Origin: Octopus vulgaris
Lineage: Eukaryota
Length of the DNA: 64,000 bases
Assembly (NCBI GenBank): GCA_951406725.2
Contig: OX597826.1
Coordinates: 63,984,001-64,048,000, forward strand
Reading direction: 5' to 3'
Program-made: the position numbers and the translations under genes
Notes under the pieces: generated by a model
The model's database searches: none
Seen by the model: the letters and a program-made list of their open reading frames with translations, nothing else
What the model was told of the DNA's origin: nothing
In this document: piece by piece, positions 52,985 to 64,000 of the stretch
Numbering within the stretch: position 1 is the stretch's first letter
Layout: the number at the start of each line of letters is the position of its first letter

Positions 52985-53480
52985 AATGATAAAATATTAG
53001 GGAATAAATCCAAACTTACAGGGAAAAATCAGATATAGGATTAAATCCAATTTTATAGTATAAATATATTATATTATATTATATTATATTAAATTAGAGA
53101 TAAAACCACTATTAGGTAAATCAAACAATGAAAAACATAAGCCAATACATAAAATTAATATAATTTATATTATTTTAATATATATCAAAAGTATTAAAAG
53201 TTTAATAAAAGATAAAGAGTAAAACACTACGATCGTTTCATGGCTGTACAATTCAAATAACAATAATTTAAATTCAATTAATAAGTCGAGTTATGGTTAC
53301 AGTCAATCTTCAGGTTAATTGAAATATCTAAAAAATAATCAGAAATATTTAAACAATATTATTAATTGAATTAAAATTTTTGATATATATTTAAAATAAT
53401 ATAAATTATATTAATTTTATGTATTGATTTGCCTAATAGTGGTTTTATCTCTAATTTGATATAATATATATATATATATA
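52985..53480. mobile_element. Penelope-like terminal remnant with inverted arms
   Basis: Inverted arms at about 53081-53190 and 53378-53468 enclose the hammerhead motif. Bounded by TA microsatellites. Confidence 0.5.
53222..53318 (-). ncRNA. Penelope-type minimal hammerhead ribozyme motif
   Basis: CUGAAGA (53313-53307), stem II UGACUGUA/UACAGCCA, then GAAAC-GAUC-GUA with palindromic ACGAUCGU. Stem I is weak. Confidence 0.6.
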
Positions 53481-54227
53481 TAAGAATGCATGCACTCACT
53501 GCATCTCCTCTTTTTTGTTTGCCTTGCTCCTTCTCATAGAGATAAAAAAACAAGTATACATACATGCATACATGCACACACACACACACACACACATGCA
53601 CGCACACACACGCACACACACAAGCACACACACATGCAAGTATAAGCACACACATATTGCTGAAGTCATAAGAATTTCATAAACTTTCAAGAGGATGTCA
53701 GCTGACCCTTTTTTTAGGGAATATCTCGAAGCACACACATAAGGCTATACATAACAGCATGCAATGTAAATATTTGCATCTTTCTATGTGTACTTTAAGA
53801 TACCCTCCAAAATATATATATGTATATGTGTGTACACATATGTATATATGTACACACACACATATATATATATACACACACACATTCTTACATACTCACA
53901 CACACACACAAACACATGTATTTATTGGTTTCATTATTAGATTGTGACTTTCCTGGGGCATTGCCCTCACAAGTGCAATCAAGTATATCAGTCCCCTCCT
54001 ACCTCCAGTACTTGACTAGAAGTAGATACTGAGGACCGAGGCAAAGTCAACCAAGGCAATATACATACACACACACACACACACACACATACACACACAC
54101 ACATACACATATTTGCATATATTCATTAAGGAAGCAGATTCTTGCTCTGCAAAATTAAACATAGTAATAATGAGTAAGATAATAATGATAATAAAGGAAA
54201 AAAAAAACTTATGAATATTTCTCCAAT

Positions 54228-54228
54228 C

Positions 54229-54310
<82 letters not shown>

Positions 54311-54342
54311 TAATAATAATAATAATAATAGTAATAATAATA

Positions 54343-54378
<36 letters not shown>

Positions 54379-54402
54379 GTAGTAGTAGTAGTAGTAGTAG
54401 TA

Positions 54403-54457
<55 letters not shown>

Positions 54458-54725
54458 AAAGATCACTAACATATTTTTTACTGTAGACTGTATCCGTAAT
54501 TTTGTGTATAAGTGTTGCTTTCCCTGTAATTAGGGTTAAAAGGGATGGAGGAGGAGGAGGAGGAGGAGGAAGAGGAGGAAGAGAAGGCAAATTTGATGGT
54601 TGTAACTGTAAAAGCAGTGACATCAATGATGATGATGATGATGATGAAGAAGAAGAAGAAGAAGAAGAAGAAGAAGAAGAAGAAGAAGAAGAAGGAAGAA
54701 GAAGAAGAAGAAGAAGAAGAAGAAG
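54228..54725. repeat. (AAT)n/(AGT)n followed by (GGA)n/(GAT)n/(GAA)n microsatellites
   Basis: Direct reading of the sequence. Confidence 0.95.
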
Positions 54726-55683
54726 CCTTCTAAGCAACCCCTCCCACATGCACACACATGTGGAGGGGAAGGGCATTCTCCCCTATCATTCATTGCACCC
54801 CAAAATCTTCTTTCCAGTTTGTTTCAATAATTTGTTTCCAAACCATTAAACACCCCCCCACTTTCTCCTCTTCTTCACCCCTGCCGCAAACCCACCCACC
54901 CCCGCCCACACCAAACACCCCCACACCCCAAATGTCATGCTCTCCTTCCTCCACCCACCTTTAATGGTATTGCTTTTGTTTCAGCATGGTTTTCTTCAGC
55001 TGACATTTCCCCTTCATGCAACCACCACTCACACTCACACTCCTTTTCCTACCACCACCACCACCACCACCACCACCATCATCAAGAATAACAACTTTTG
55101 TAATGGCTGCCATCTCACCCACTCTGACTTCCTATCTTCTGTAGAATGTTGAAAAGATGTCAAATAAACCGACTCCCTCCACACATACACATTTCTTCCT
55201 CCTTGTATCTTAACCTCGGTCTTCATCAGACAAAGTTGTTTGAAATGGGTGCAGACATAGCTGTGTGGTTAAGGAGTTTCCTTTGCGACCATGCAGTTCT
55301 GAGTTCAATCTCACTCAGCTACATCTTGAATAAAGTGTCTCTCCTACCAACTGGAAATTTCTTAGTAACCATACATTTGGAAGCAACAGAATAACTTGAC
55401 ATGATATCTTCATATGATAACTTTTGCTTTGAATAAAAATTGGAGCTGGTAACTTCAAAATTGAAACTGGTAACTTCCACTATTCCTTGCCATGGATTAT
55501 CATTAAATTCACATTTGAAACTGCTGATGGACCTTACCTATAACTGTATTATTTATTCGATCATAAAACTACATGACACATACCCATCTTATTTTGATCC
55601 TTCTCTCATTTTTGACAAACTAGAATATACTTGTATCCTCAAAAGGGGATATTCCTTCATTTTTACATCTCTCTCCCTTCTCC

Positions 55684-55765
55684 CTCTCTGATGATGGCTT
55701 ATGGAATCTTTACGCAATATCATGATCCACATGCTTGGCTCTTCTAGAAACAGCAGTAATACACT
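55684..55765 (+). ncRNA. Highly degenerate hammerhead-like motif
   Basis: CUGAUGA (55688-55694) and GAAAC-AGCA-GUA (55747-55758). Stems I and II pair poorly. Confidence 0.25.
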
Positions 55766-57184
55766 CTATATGTTTATATTCTTGATCTAATTAAATGTCT
55801 TTTTCAAGTGATGCCAAACGTTTTCTTTTCTTTTCTTTTTTTTTCATTTTTACTTTCACTTCTGATTCATAGTATGAGTTCTTTGACAAACGAAGGCAAA
55901 GAGAATACTTGGATCAATCATGAGTTGTAGGACTCATAAGGCTGGCGTTTAACCCAGTTTCCACAGCAAATAAATGACTGAGAATATAACACTCTTCCTC
56001 TGAATGGAACACCAGTCTACTTCAGCGTTAACTTCTTAGCTATTGTTGGAGACTATCTACAGTCGAGTGGACTAGGTCAATGTTACATGAAGTGTTTTAC
56101 TCAAGAACAAAAGCACCAAGCAATTTGTGAATTGAAACCACAATCTTACAATTGAGAGTACAACATCCAAACCACTAGGTCAGGACAGAAAAATATTATC
56201 TTCAGATGCATCTGCCAGATAGATTCTTCAAGCTACACCAACTTGCAGGAGACATGGGGGTAGCCCAAGTATGAGAGGGTTGGATAATACTTATAGTCAC
56301 AGTTAGTTGTACATGGGAACCCATCAGGAAAGTGTAATGACAGTTACCTCTGATAGGAGGATGTGCCTGAAGCCTCTAGCACCATGACCTTCCCAGGGTG
56401 GAGAAAATAGAGAGATGGGTGGATGCATCAAGACTAAGGGTTTGCAGTTTCTTACATATTTGTTGGAATAATCAGGCACATCTCAAACAACTGTTAAAAT
56501 GGCATATTCTAACTTAATAAATTTATGATGTAAATTCTTTGTATCTTGTTTACATTCTTTTACTTGTTTCAGTCTGGTCATGCTAGAGCACTGCCTCAAA
56601 GGGTTTTTTAGTCGAAGAAATCAATCCAAAGACTTATTCTTTATAAGCCTGGTACTTATTCTATCGGTCTCTTTTGTGGAACCACTAATTTATGGGGACA
56701 TAAACACACCAACCTTGGTTGACAATGGTGGTGGGGAAAAACATAGACACAAAGGCACACTCACATGAATATATATATATATGATGGGCTTCTTTCAGTT
56801 TCTGTCTGCCAAATCCACTCACAAGGTTGCAGTAGAAGACACTTGCCCAAGGTTCCACACAGTGGGACTGAACCAAGAACCATGTCATTGGGAAGCAAGT
56901 TTCTTACCATACAGCCACGCCTGCACCGGGACATTCTGGATTCTCACCCTCTCAATACTACTCTCTGCCTCCCAGTTGAGAGGGTTTTGTTTTGTAAGAT
57001 ACTTGGTGACCCTGTCAGTGCTGTAAAAAGCACTAACAGGGCCACCAAATAAAAAGCACTGGTGATGATGCCATGTAAAAAGCACTGTTGATGGTGCCAC
57101 ATAAAACACACTGGTGATGGTGTCGCATAAAAAGCACCCAGTACACACTGTAAAGTAGTTGGCATTAGCAAAGGAATCCAGCTG

Positions 57185-58861
57185 CCGAGTGCTATGCAAA
57201 CATATTCACTGTTGAAAGTCAAAATGTACCATCTTCACCATCACTAACAGCAAACTCCATAACAACTATGGAATTTACACCTGCAATGCTGCAACGTCAC
57301 CTTCAAAATAAGCGCAACTATGCCTCCCCTGGTCTCGATGGAGTTACATACCTGCTTCTCAAACGTGGCAGGCACTTCCTTTTACACCAGCTTTCTATTT
57401 TCTTCCAGTACTGTCTCAACAATGGTGCTACTCCGGAGCAGTGGAAAACTGCCAGTGTCATTCCTCTGTTCAAAAAGGGCGACCGCACATCACCTGTCAA
57501 CTATCGCCCAGTCAGTCTCACTAGCTGTATTGCAAAACTGATGGAATCGTGTGTCAGAGAAACACTCTGGAACTTCTGGAGCTCTCACAGTCTCATCCGA
57601 CCCTCACAATATGGATTTGTCCCTAACTCCAGCTGCAGTGACCAGCTTGTCGAGTTCCTTGAGGACATTACTCAGATTACTGACAGTGGCTCATGGGTGG
57701 ATGTTGTCTACCTTGACTTTGCTAAGGCTTTCAACTCTGTGCCACACAAAAGGCTTATGGTGAAACTCTCTGCAATGGGTGTGGGGGATGACCTTTTTAA
57801 CTGGTTGAAATCCTTCATCCTCAGCCGAAAGGAGGTAGTTACAGTTCTAGGACAGCACTCTACACCATATGAGATGTCATCGGGTGTACCACAGGGATCT
57901 GTCCTTGGTCCCCTCTTGTTTGTGGCATACATTAACGACATAGATGCCAATTTAAGGAATGCCACAGTATTGAAATATGCAGACGACATCAAGCTGTACC
58001 TTGAAATCAAGAGGACAGATCCTGATGTCTACAACTCTTTCCTGCAATCAGACCTAGACACAATGCAGCAATGGATCACAGACTGGCAACTGAAACTGGC
58101 TGTGGACAAGTGTACCACCATGCATTTTGGGAGAAAAAACCCTGCGTTCACATACTCCCTCCACAACACTGATATCAAGAAATCCTCTTGCGAGCGTGAC
58201 CTAGGCATCACTGTCAGCAGTGATTTGCGTTGGTCAAAGCATATCTCTAAGATTGTCAGGAAGGCCGAGGGTGTCTTGGCATCACTCAGCAGGTCTTTTG
58301 TTAGCCGCTCTCCAGCCATCTATTTAAAACTGTATACAGCTATGGTACGACCACACTTGGAATTCGCATCATCAGTTTGGAACCCCTATCTTGCACAGAA
58401 CATTGACCTCCTGGAATCTGTCCAGAGACGTGCAACCAAACGCATACCCTCCATCAGACACCTACCATATTCTGAGCGCCTTGTTTCCCTGGGCATGGAT
58501 TCACTGAAGCTCCGGCGTCTGGCGACGGACTTGGTAAACACCCACAAAGTTATCAACCACCTCACCAACAACAACACTGAACACCTTTTTGATCTCCATG
58601 TGTCTAACACACGTGGACATGCCTACAAAGTCAGAAAACAATACAGCTCCCATGACTTTCGGAAACATTTTTTCACGCTCAGGGTTGCTGAAGCGTGGAA
58701 TAAACTGCCTGCATCAGTTGTTGACTGCCATGACACTGCATCCTTTAAGGCCCTCATGCTTTCCGAAATCCGTCGAAACTACACCTGATTATATATACAC
58801 TTTAGATGAGTTGTAGTGCACCTGAGCACTGTACACAATTATAATTATTATTATTATTATT
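57185..58861 (+). mobile_element. CR1-clade LINE, 5'-truncated, with short 3' UTR and (ATT)n tail
   Basis: RT ORF plus a 3' UTR stem-loop AGTGC-ACCTGA-GCACT (58815-58830) and an ATT tail (58838-58861). It splits an RTE-3'-tail repeat (...ATCCAGCTG | AAACCATACC...). Confidence 0.92.
57268..58788 (+). CDS. Non-LTR reverse transcriptase (CR1 ORF2 C-terminal part, no endonuclease)
   Basis: Motifs SPGLDG, NYRPVSLTS, VYLDFAKAFNSVPH, GVPQGSVLGPLLF, YADD, RPHLEFASSVWNP, LESVQRRATK, TRGH and FFTLRVAEAWNKLP. The frame stays open upstream to the insertion junction (AECYANIFT from 57184), so the ATG is internal. Confidence 0.9.
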   Translation: MEFTPAMLQRHLQNKRNYASPGLDGVTYLLLKRGRHFLLHQLSIFFQYCLNNGATPEQWKTASVIPLFKKGDRTSPVNYRPVSLTSCIAKLMESCVRETLWNFWSSHSLIRPSQYGFVPNSSCSDQLVEFLEDITQITDSGSWVDVVYLDFAKAFNSVPHKRLMVKLSAMGVGDDLFNWLKSFILSRKEVVTVLGQHSTPYEMSSGVPQGSVLGPLLFVAYINDIDANLRNATVLKYADDIKLYLEIKRTDPDVYNSFLQSDLDTMQQWITDWQLKLAVDKCTTMHFGRKNPAFTYSLHNTDIKKSSCERDLGITVSSDLRWSKHISKIVRKAEGVLASLSRSFVSRSPAIYLKLYTAMVRPHLEFASSVWNPYLAQNIDLLESVQRRATKRIPSIRHLPYSERLVSLGMDSLKLRRLATDLVNTHKVINHLTNNNTEHLFDLHVSNTRGHAYKVRKQYSSHDFRKHFFTLRVAEAWNKLPASVVDCHDTASFKALMLSEIRRNYT

Positions 58862-59246
58862 AAACCATACCAAAATAGATAATGGAACCTGGAGTGGCGC
58901 CTAGCCTTGCCAGCTCCTGTCAAACCATCCAACCCATGCCAGCATTAAATGATTATGATGGTGGTAATGACACAGCTTTTTCTTTTAATTAATTTTGAAA
59001 TTATGAATTTACTAAAATAATTTTGTCATTGTGAAACTGGTATTTGGAATATAAATTACATGGAATTTTGAGGGAAAGTTTAGAGTTAGATAACTTGAAA
59101 AATTCCAAGTTTGTATCATAGAAACAGGAGCAGTGGTAAGCAGGTTGGCATCAAAAGGGTTAATATTGACAAACTTGAACCTGTAAAATTGTTTTACAGA
59201 TTTTGACACTTAGAAATTTTGACAGAACACTTTTCCCTAAATTTGT

Positions 59247-59277
<31 letters not shown>

Positions 59278-59361
59278 CCATCACCATCGCCATCACCATC
59301 ATCATCATCATCATCATCATCACCACCACCATCATCACCACCACCATCATCATCATCATCA

Positions 59362-59397
<36 letters not shown>

Positions 59398-60449
59398 TCG
59401 TCGTCGTCGTCGTTGTCATCATCATCATCATCATCATCGTCATCATCATCATTAACATTAATACACTAAGCAAAATGCTTAGTGGCATTTCATCTGTCTT
59501 CATGTTATGAGTTCAGATTCCGCCAGGGTCAACTTTGCCTTTCATCCTTTCAGGGTCAATAAATTAAGTACCAGTTGGTTGCGTACTGGCATCGATTTAA
59601 TCGACTGGCTCCTTCCCCAAACTTTCAGGCCTTGTGCCCATAGCAGGAAGGATTATTATGATTATTAACATCAATATGCTGGGCAAAATGCTTAGCAGTA
59701 TTTCGTCTGTCTTTATGTTCTGAGTTCAGATTCTGCAGAGGTCAACTTCGCCTTTCATCCATTTGGGTTCGATGAAATAAGTAACAGTTGTGCACTGGGG
59801 CCAATGTAATCGATTTGCCCCCTCCACTAAAATTTCAGGCCTTCTACCTATAGTAGAAAGGATTATTATTATGATTATTATTATCATTTTTCTTTTAATT
59901 TGCATGTTCGATGCAGTCACTTGCTAGGACATACTCAGTTCCCTAGGGTATCATCATCATCATTATCATTATTATTATTATTTTGCTTTAAAAATTGTAA
60001 TCTGCAGTGTGTGAGATATAAAATCCTAAAGAAACAGTGGTTTTTCTCAAACTAAAAAAGACTTCCTGCTAGAGTATTATACCATACACACACATGTACA
60101 CACACACACATACCTACAACTTGGTATTCCCAGTTGAGGTGGGATAGACCAAGCTGTCATTATGCCAATTATTTTCAATATCCTTTCCAATTTCATATTA
60201 GTAATGAGTAATTTTTTTCTAATTTTGGTTCAAGGCAAGCAATTTTAAGATGAGGGTAAATAAGTCACATTGACCCCATGATCAACTGGTCCTTTTTTTT
60301 TTAATTAAACCCTGAAGGGATGCAAGGCAGATATGAACTCAGAACATAAAGAGATAGAAGAAATAATTCTATTGGCAAAGGACATTACACTGTGTAACAT
60401 GATTTTTGTCCTTGGGTAGCAGCTGTATGTATGTCTGTATGTGAATGAA

Positions 60450-60475
60450 TGTATGTATGTATGTATGTATGTATG

Positions 60476-60507
<32 letters not shown>

Positions 60508-61246
60508 CTGGGAAATTTTTTTAAAGAACCACACTCTGATGACCTCAATCAAATTAGTTTCCTCATAGCTCTCTTAATGATATGGATCCTTCCCTGAAAA
60601 TTTCCAGAAATAGGTGCAGGAGTGGCTGTGTGGTAAGTAACTTGCTTATGAACCACATGGTGCCAGGTTCAGTCCAACTGCGTGGCACCTTGGGCAAGTA
60701 TCTTCTGCTATAGCCTCAGGCCGACCAAAGCCTTGTGAGTGGATTTGGTGGACGGAAACTGAAAGAAGCCCATCGTATATATGTATATGTGTGTATAAGC
60801 TGGTGTGTCTGTCTTTGTCCCCCTTCCCCCAGCATCACTTGACAACAGACGCTGGTGTGTTTATGTCCTCGTAACTTAGCGGTTTGGCAAATGAGATCGA
60901 TAAGTACTAGGCTTACAAAGAATAAGACCTGGGGTCAATTTGCTTGGTGCTCCAGCATGGCCACACTTACATGGTTGGCCTGAGGCTATAGTAGAAGACA
61001 CTTGCCCAAAGTGCTATGCAGTGGGACTGAACCTGGCACCATGTGATTCATAAGCAAGCTACTTACCACACAGCCACTCCTGCACCTATTTCTGGAAATT
61101 TTCAGGGAAAGATCCATATCATTAAGAGAGCTATGAGGAAACTAATTTGATTGAGGTCATCAGAGTGTGGTTCTTTAAAAAAATTTCCCAGTTTACATAC
61201 ATATATACATACATACATACATACATTCATACATACATATGCATAC
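60450..61246. repeat. Foldback inverted duplication (~230-bp arms plus TATG/CATA microsatellite, ~245-bp spacer)
   Basis: 60499-60727 versus 60972-61200, covering unique flank and the head of a SINE-B. Confidence 0.92.
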
Positions 61247-62090
61247 ATTGATCATGAAAGCAGTCTATCATGGACCAATAACCGGATTACTAACTCCCAC
61301 ATTGAAGGGTATGTGTTTGTAATCCGGGTACAGGAAATATCAACCAAGTACCTGATGCACAAAAGGGATAGAGATGTAGGAAAAGCAGTATAATTTCACA
61401 ACTGATGCAGACTTTGTGGAATTAACACTGAAGATATCATGCATATCATAAGCAGTTGTCTGAAAATGTCATCACAGTATTATCTACCGATGAGACATGA
61501 TGTTAGAGCTAGGACACTCTATAATTAAATCTGTCAGAAGGATAACTCCAAGGACAAGGAAATAAGAATACACAGTATTGTAGAAGCCATAGCCACTTAT
61601 AATAAAAAGGAGTACTGGTGGAATGTTACAGTAAAGATCTCAATAAAATGTAAGCACAACAGACCTGATATAATGATTTGCGATAGAGAAGAGAAACTGT
61701 GTACAGTTGTGGAAATTAGCTGCCCATTGGATGTTAAGATGAAGCTGAAGATCAGGGAAAAAGAGAACACCTATGCTGAACTATTGAGAAATCTGTAGTT
61801 ACTCTATCTAGATTACAAATTCAGGTTTATACCTGTAATTATTGGGGCCCTGGGATATGTAACACACTGCTTTAGTATCAATGTTGAGAAATTAGGCTCC
61901 TCGAAACCAGAAAGGAAAAAGCTAATTCAAAGACTACAGATCCAATCCATCACTGGAACTATAACAATCTGTAAAACTTTCCAGAAGTTTATCATTTAAG
62001 TATATATGAGCATGTCTAGATATGCAACTATATGCATGAGAATACATACATAAAGCAAAACATGCAAATCTGCACATATACATAGATACA
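61247..62090 (+). mobile_element. R4/Dong-like (restriction-like endonuclease) LINE, 3' fragment, decayed
   Basis: IEGYVFVIRVQEISTKY, CCHC knuckle CRLC-x8-H-x4-C (from 61406), RHD, NRPDI, VVEISCP, KENTY and IPVIIGALG, with a stop at about 61999. Both ends are in or next to CATA-type repeats. Confidence 0.85.
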
Positions 62091-62091
62091 T

Positions 62092-62573
<482 letters not shown>

Positions 62574-63045
62574 TACACCTGTACATACATACAGATGTGA
62601 TATACAAGATTTATAATTTATGAGTAACATCAATACACCACAAACAATTCTGAATAGTTTGGTGTCAGGGAAGGAGGGCCAGGGTAAAGGTGACACTATC
62701 AGTTACCACACTGGGTGACATCATTTCTAGTACGGCTACTGCAAGTGTGTATATTTTGTGTGTCTGTGTTGATTTATACACATATTTATTCAAAAATTTC
62801 CATTGTATCTAAATTATATAAGCGTACATATATGCAGAGTGGTTGGTGTTAGGAGAGGCATTCAGCCATAAAAAAAAATGTGCCAAAACAGACACAAGGA
62901 AGCCTGGTGCAGTCCAACCCAAACTGCCCAACCCATACCAGCATGGAGGGTGGATGTTAAATGATGATGATGATATATATACACACTCATATATATTATA
63001 TACATACATACACACACAAAAATTTCTCTCTTTCTCTCTCTGCAC

Positions 63046-63077
<32 letters not shown>

Positions 63078-63158
63078 CATCATCACCGTCATCATGATCA
63101 TCATCATCTAATGTCCATTTTCTACGTTGGCGTATACTAAACTATGATGATATATATA

Positions 63159-63199
<41 letters not shown>

Positions 63200-63590
63200 G
63201 TATTTATATCATCATCATCATCATCATCGTTTAACATCCGCTTTCCATGCTAGCATGGGTTGGACGATTTGACTGAGGTCTGGTGAACCAGATGGTTGCA
63301 CCCAGCTCCTATCTGATCTGGCAGAGTTTCTACAGCTGGATGCTCTTCCTAATGCCAACCACTCTAAGAGTGTAGTGGGTGTTTTTACATGTCACTGGCA
63401 CGAGGGCCACTCAGGCGGTACTGGCAACAGCCACACTCAAATGGTGCTTTTTATGTTCCACCTGCACAGGAGCCAGTCCATAGGCACTGGCAATGACCTT
63501 GCTCGAATGTTTTTTCACGTGCCACCAGCACAATGTTAGGGTGTGGTTTAAATGTAATTTGGAAGTTATTTCTAAATAATAATAATAATG

Positions 63591-63641
<51 letters not shown>

Positions 63642-63642
63642 G

Positions 63643-63673
<31 letters not shown>

Positions 63674-64000
63674 AAATTTGGCAGTGATTTAAATAAGATT
63701 TGGTGTAAAATGTATAGACGCTCTTTCACCTCATGCCACTTGTTATATCTATATTTGTTCTTCCATCATAGTTTTTTTTTGCTGAATGCTAAAAATGCCA
63801 GAATGTATCTGTGGGAAAATGTATGTCAATACGTACAAAAAAAATACATCATTACTTCATATCTCATGCCTGCTTACTAAAACAGGAAAAAAAAAAAAGA
63901 AAACTGACAGAATTGTCCTCTTAATGGAGAATTGATAAAGAAATAATGCCGGCTATAAATATCTTTTTGTCTTATCACTCATATTCATCCTGAAGATAAT

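Noticed and set aside
57010-57140. Regularly spaced AAAAAGCAC units resembling a CRISPR array (also 38690-38790 and 39875-40040)
   Set aside because: The intervening sequences are themselves similar and short, the units are part of the RTE 3' UTR, the context is eukaryotic and no cas genes are present.

Overview
AT-rich, repeat-dense animal genomic DNA. The SINE, microsatellite and LINE landscape suggests an octopus or other coleoid cephalopod; this is inference. Only one host gene is recognisable: the large first coding exon of a CFAP97/KIAA1430 (hemingway-like) ciliary protein on the minus strand (35089->33587, ending at a GT donor). It lies in a CpG-retaining domain, with a CRE and X-box-like motifs near its start. 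I could not identify its downstream exons. The rest of the window is largely transposon-derived: an internally deleted Helitron (5959-9212), a 5'-truncated CR1-clade LINE with an unbroken RT frame (57185-58861), and RTE-clade LINE fragments, one with a PHD-like finger inside the RT. There is also an R4/Dong-like RLE LINE end embedded in (CATA)n, plus hAT, piggyBac-like, mariner and pogo-like MITEs and several modular tRNA-SINE families. The most notable non-coding signals are four Penelope-type minimal hammerhead-ribozyme motifs (three with palindromic stem III), several inverted duplications, and a stack of three hAT MITEs inserted in one 8-bp target. Almost all short ORFs in the track are microsatellite or SINE artefacts.
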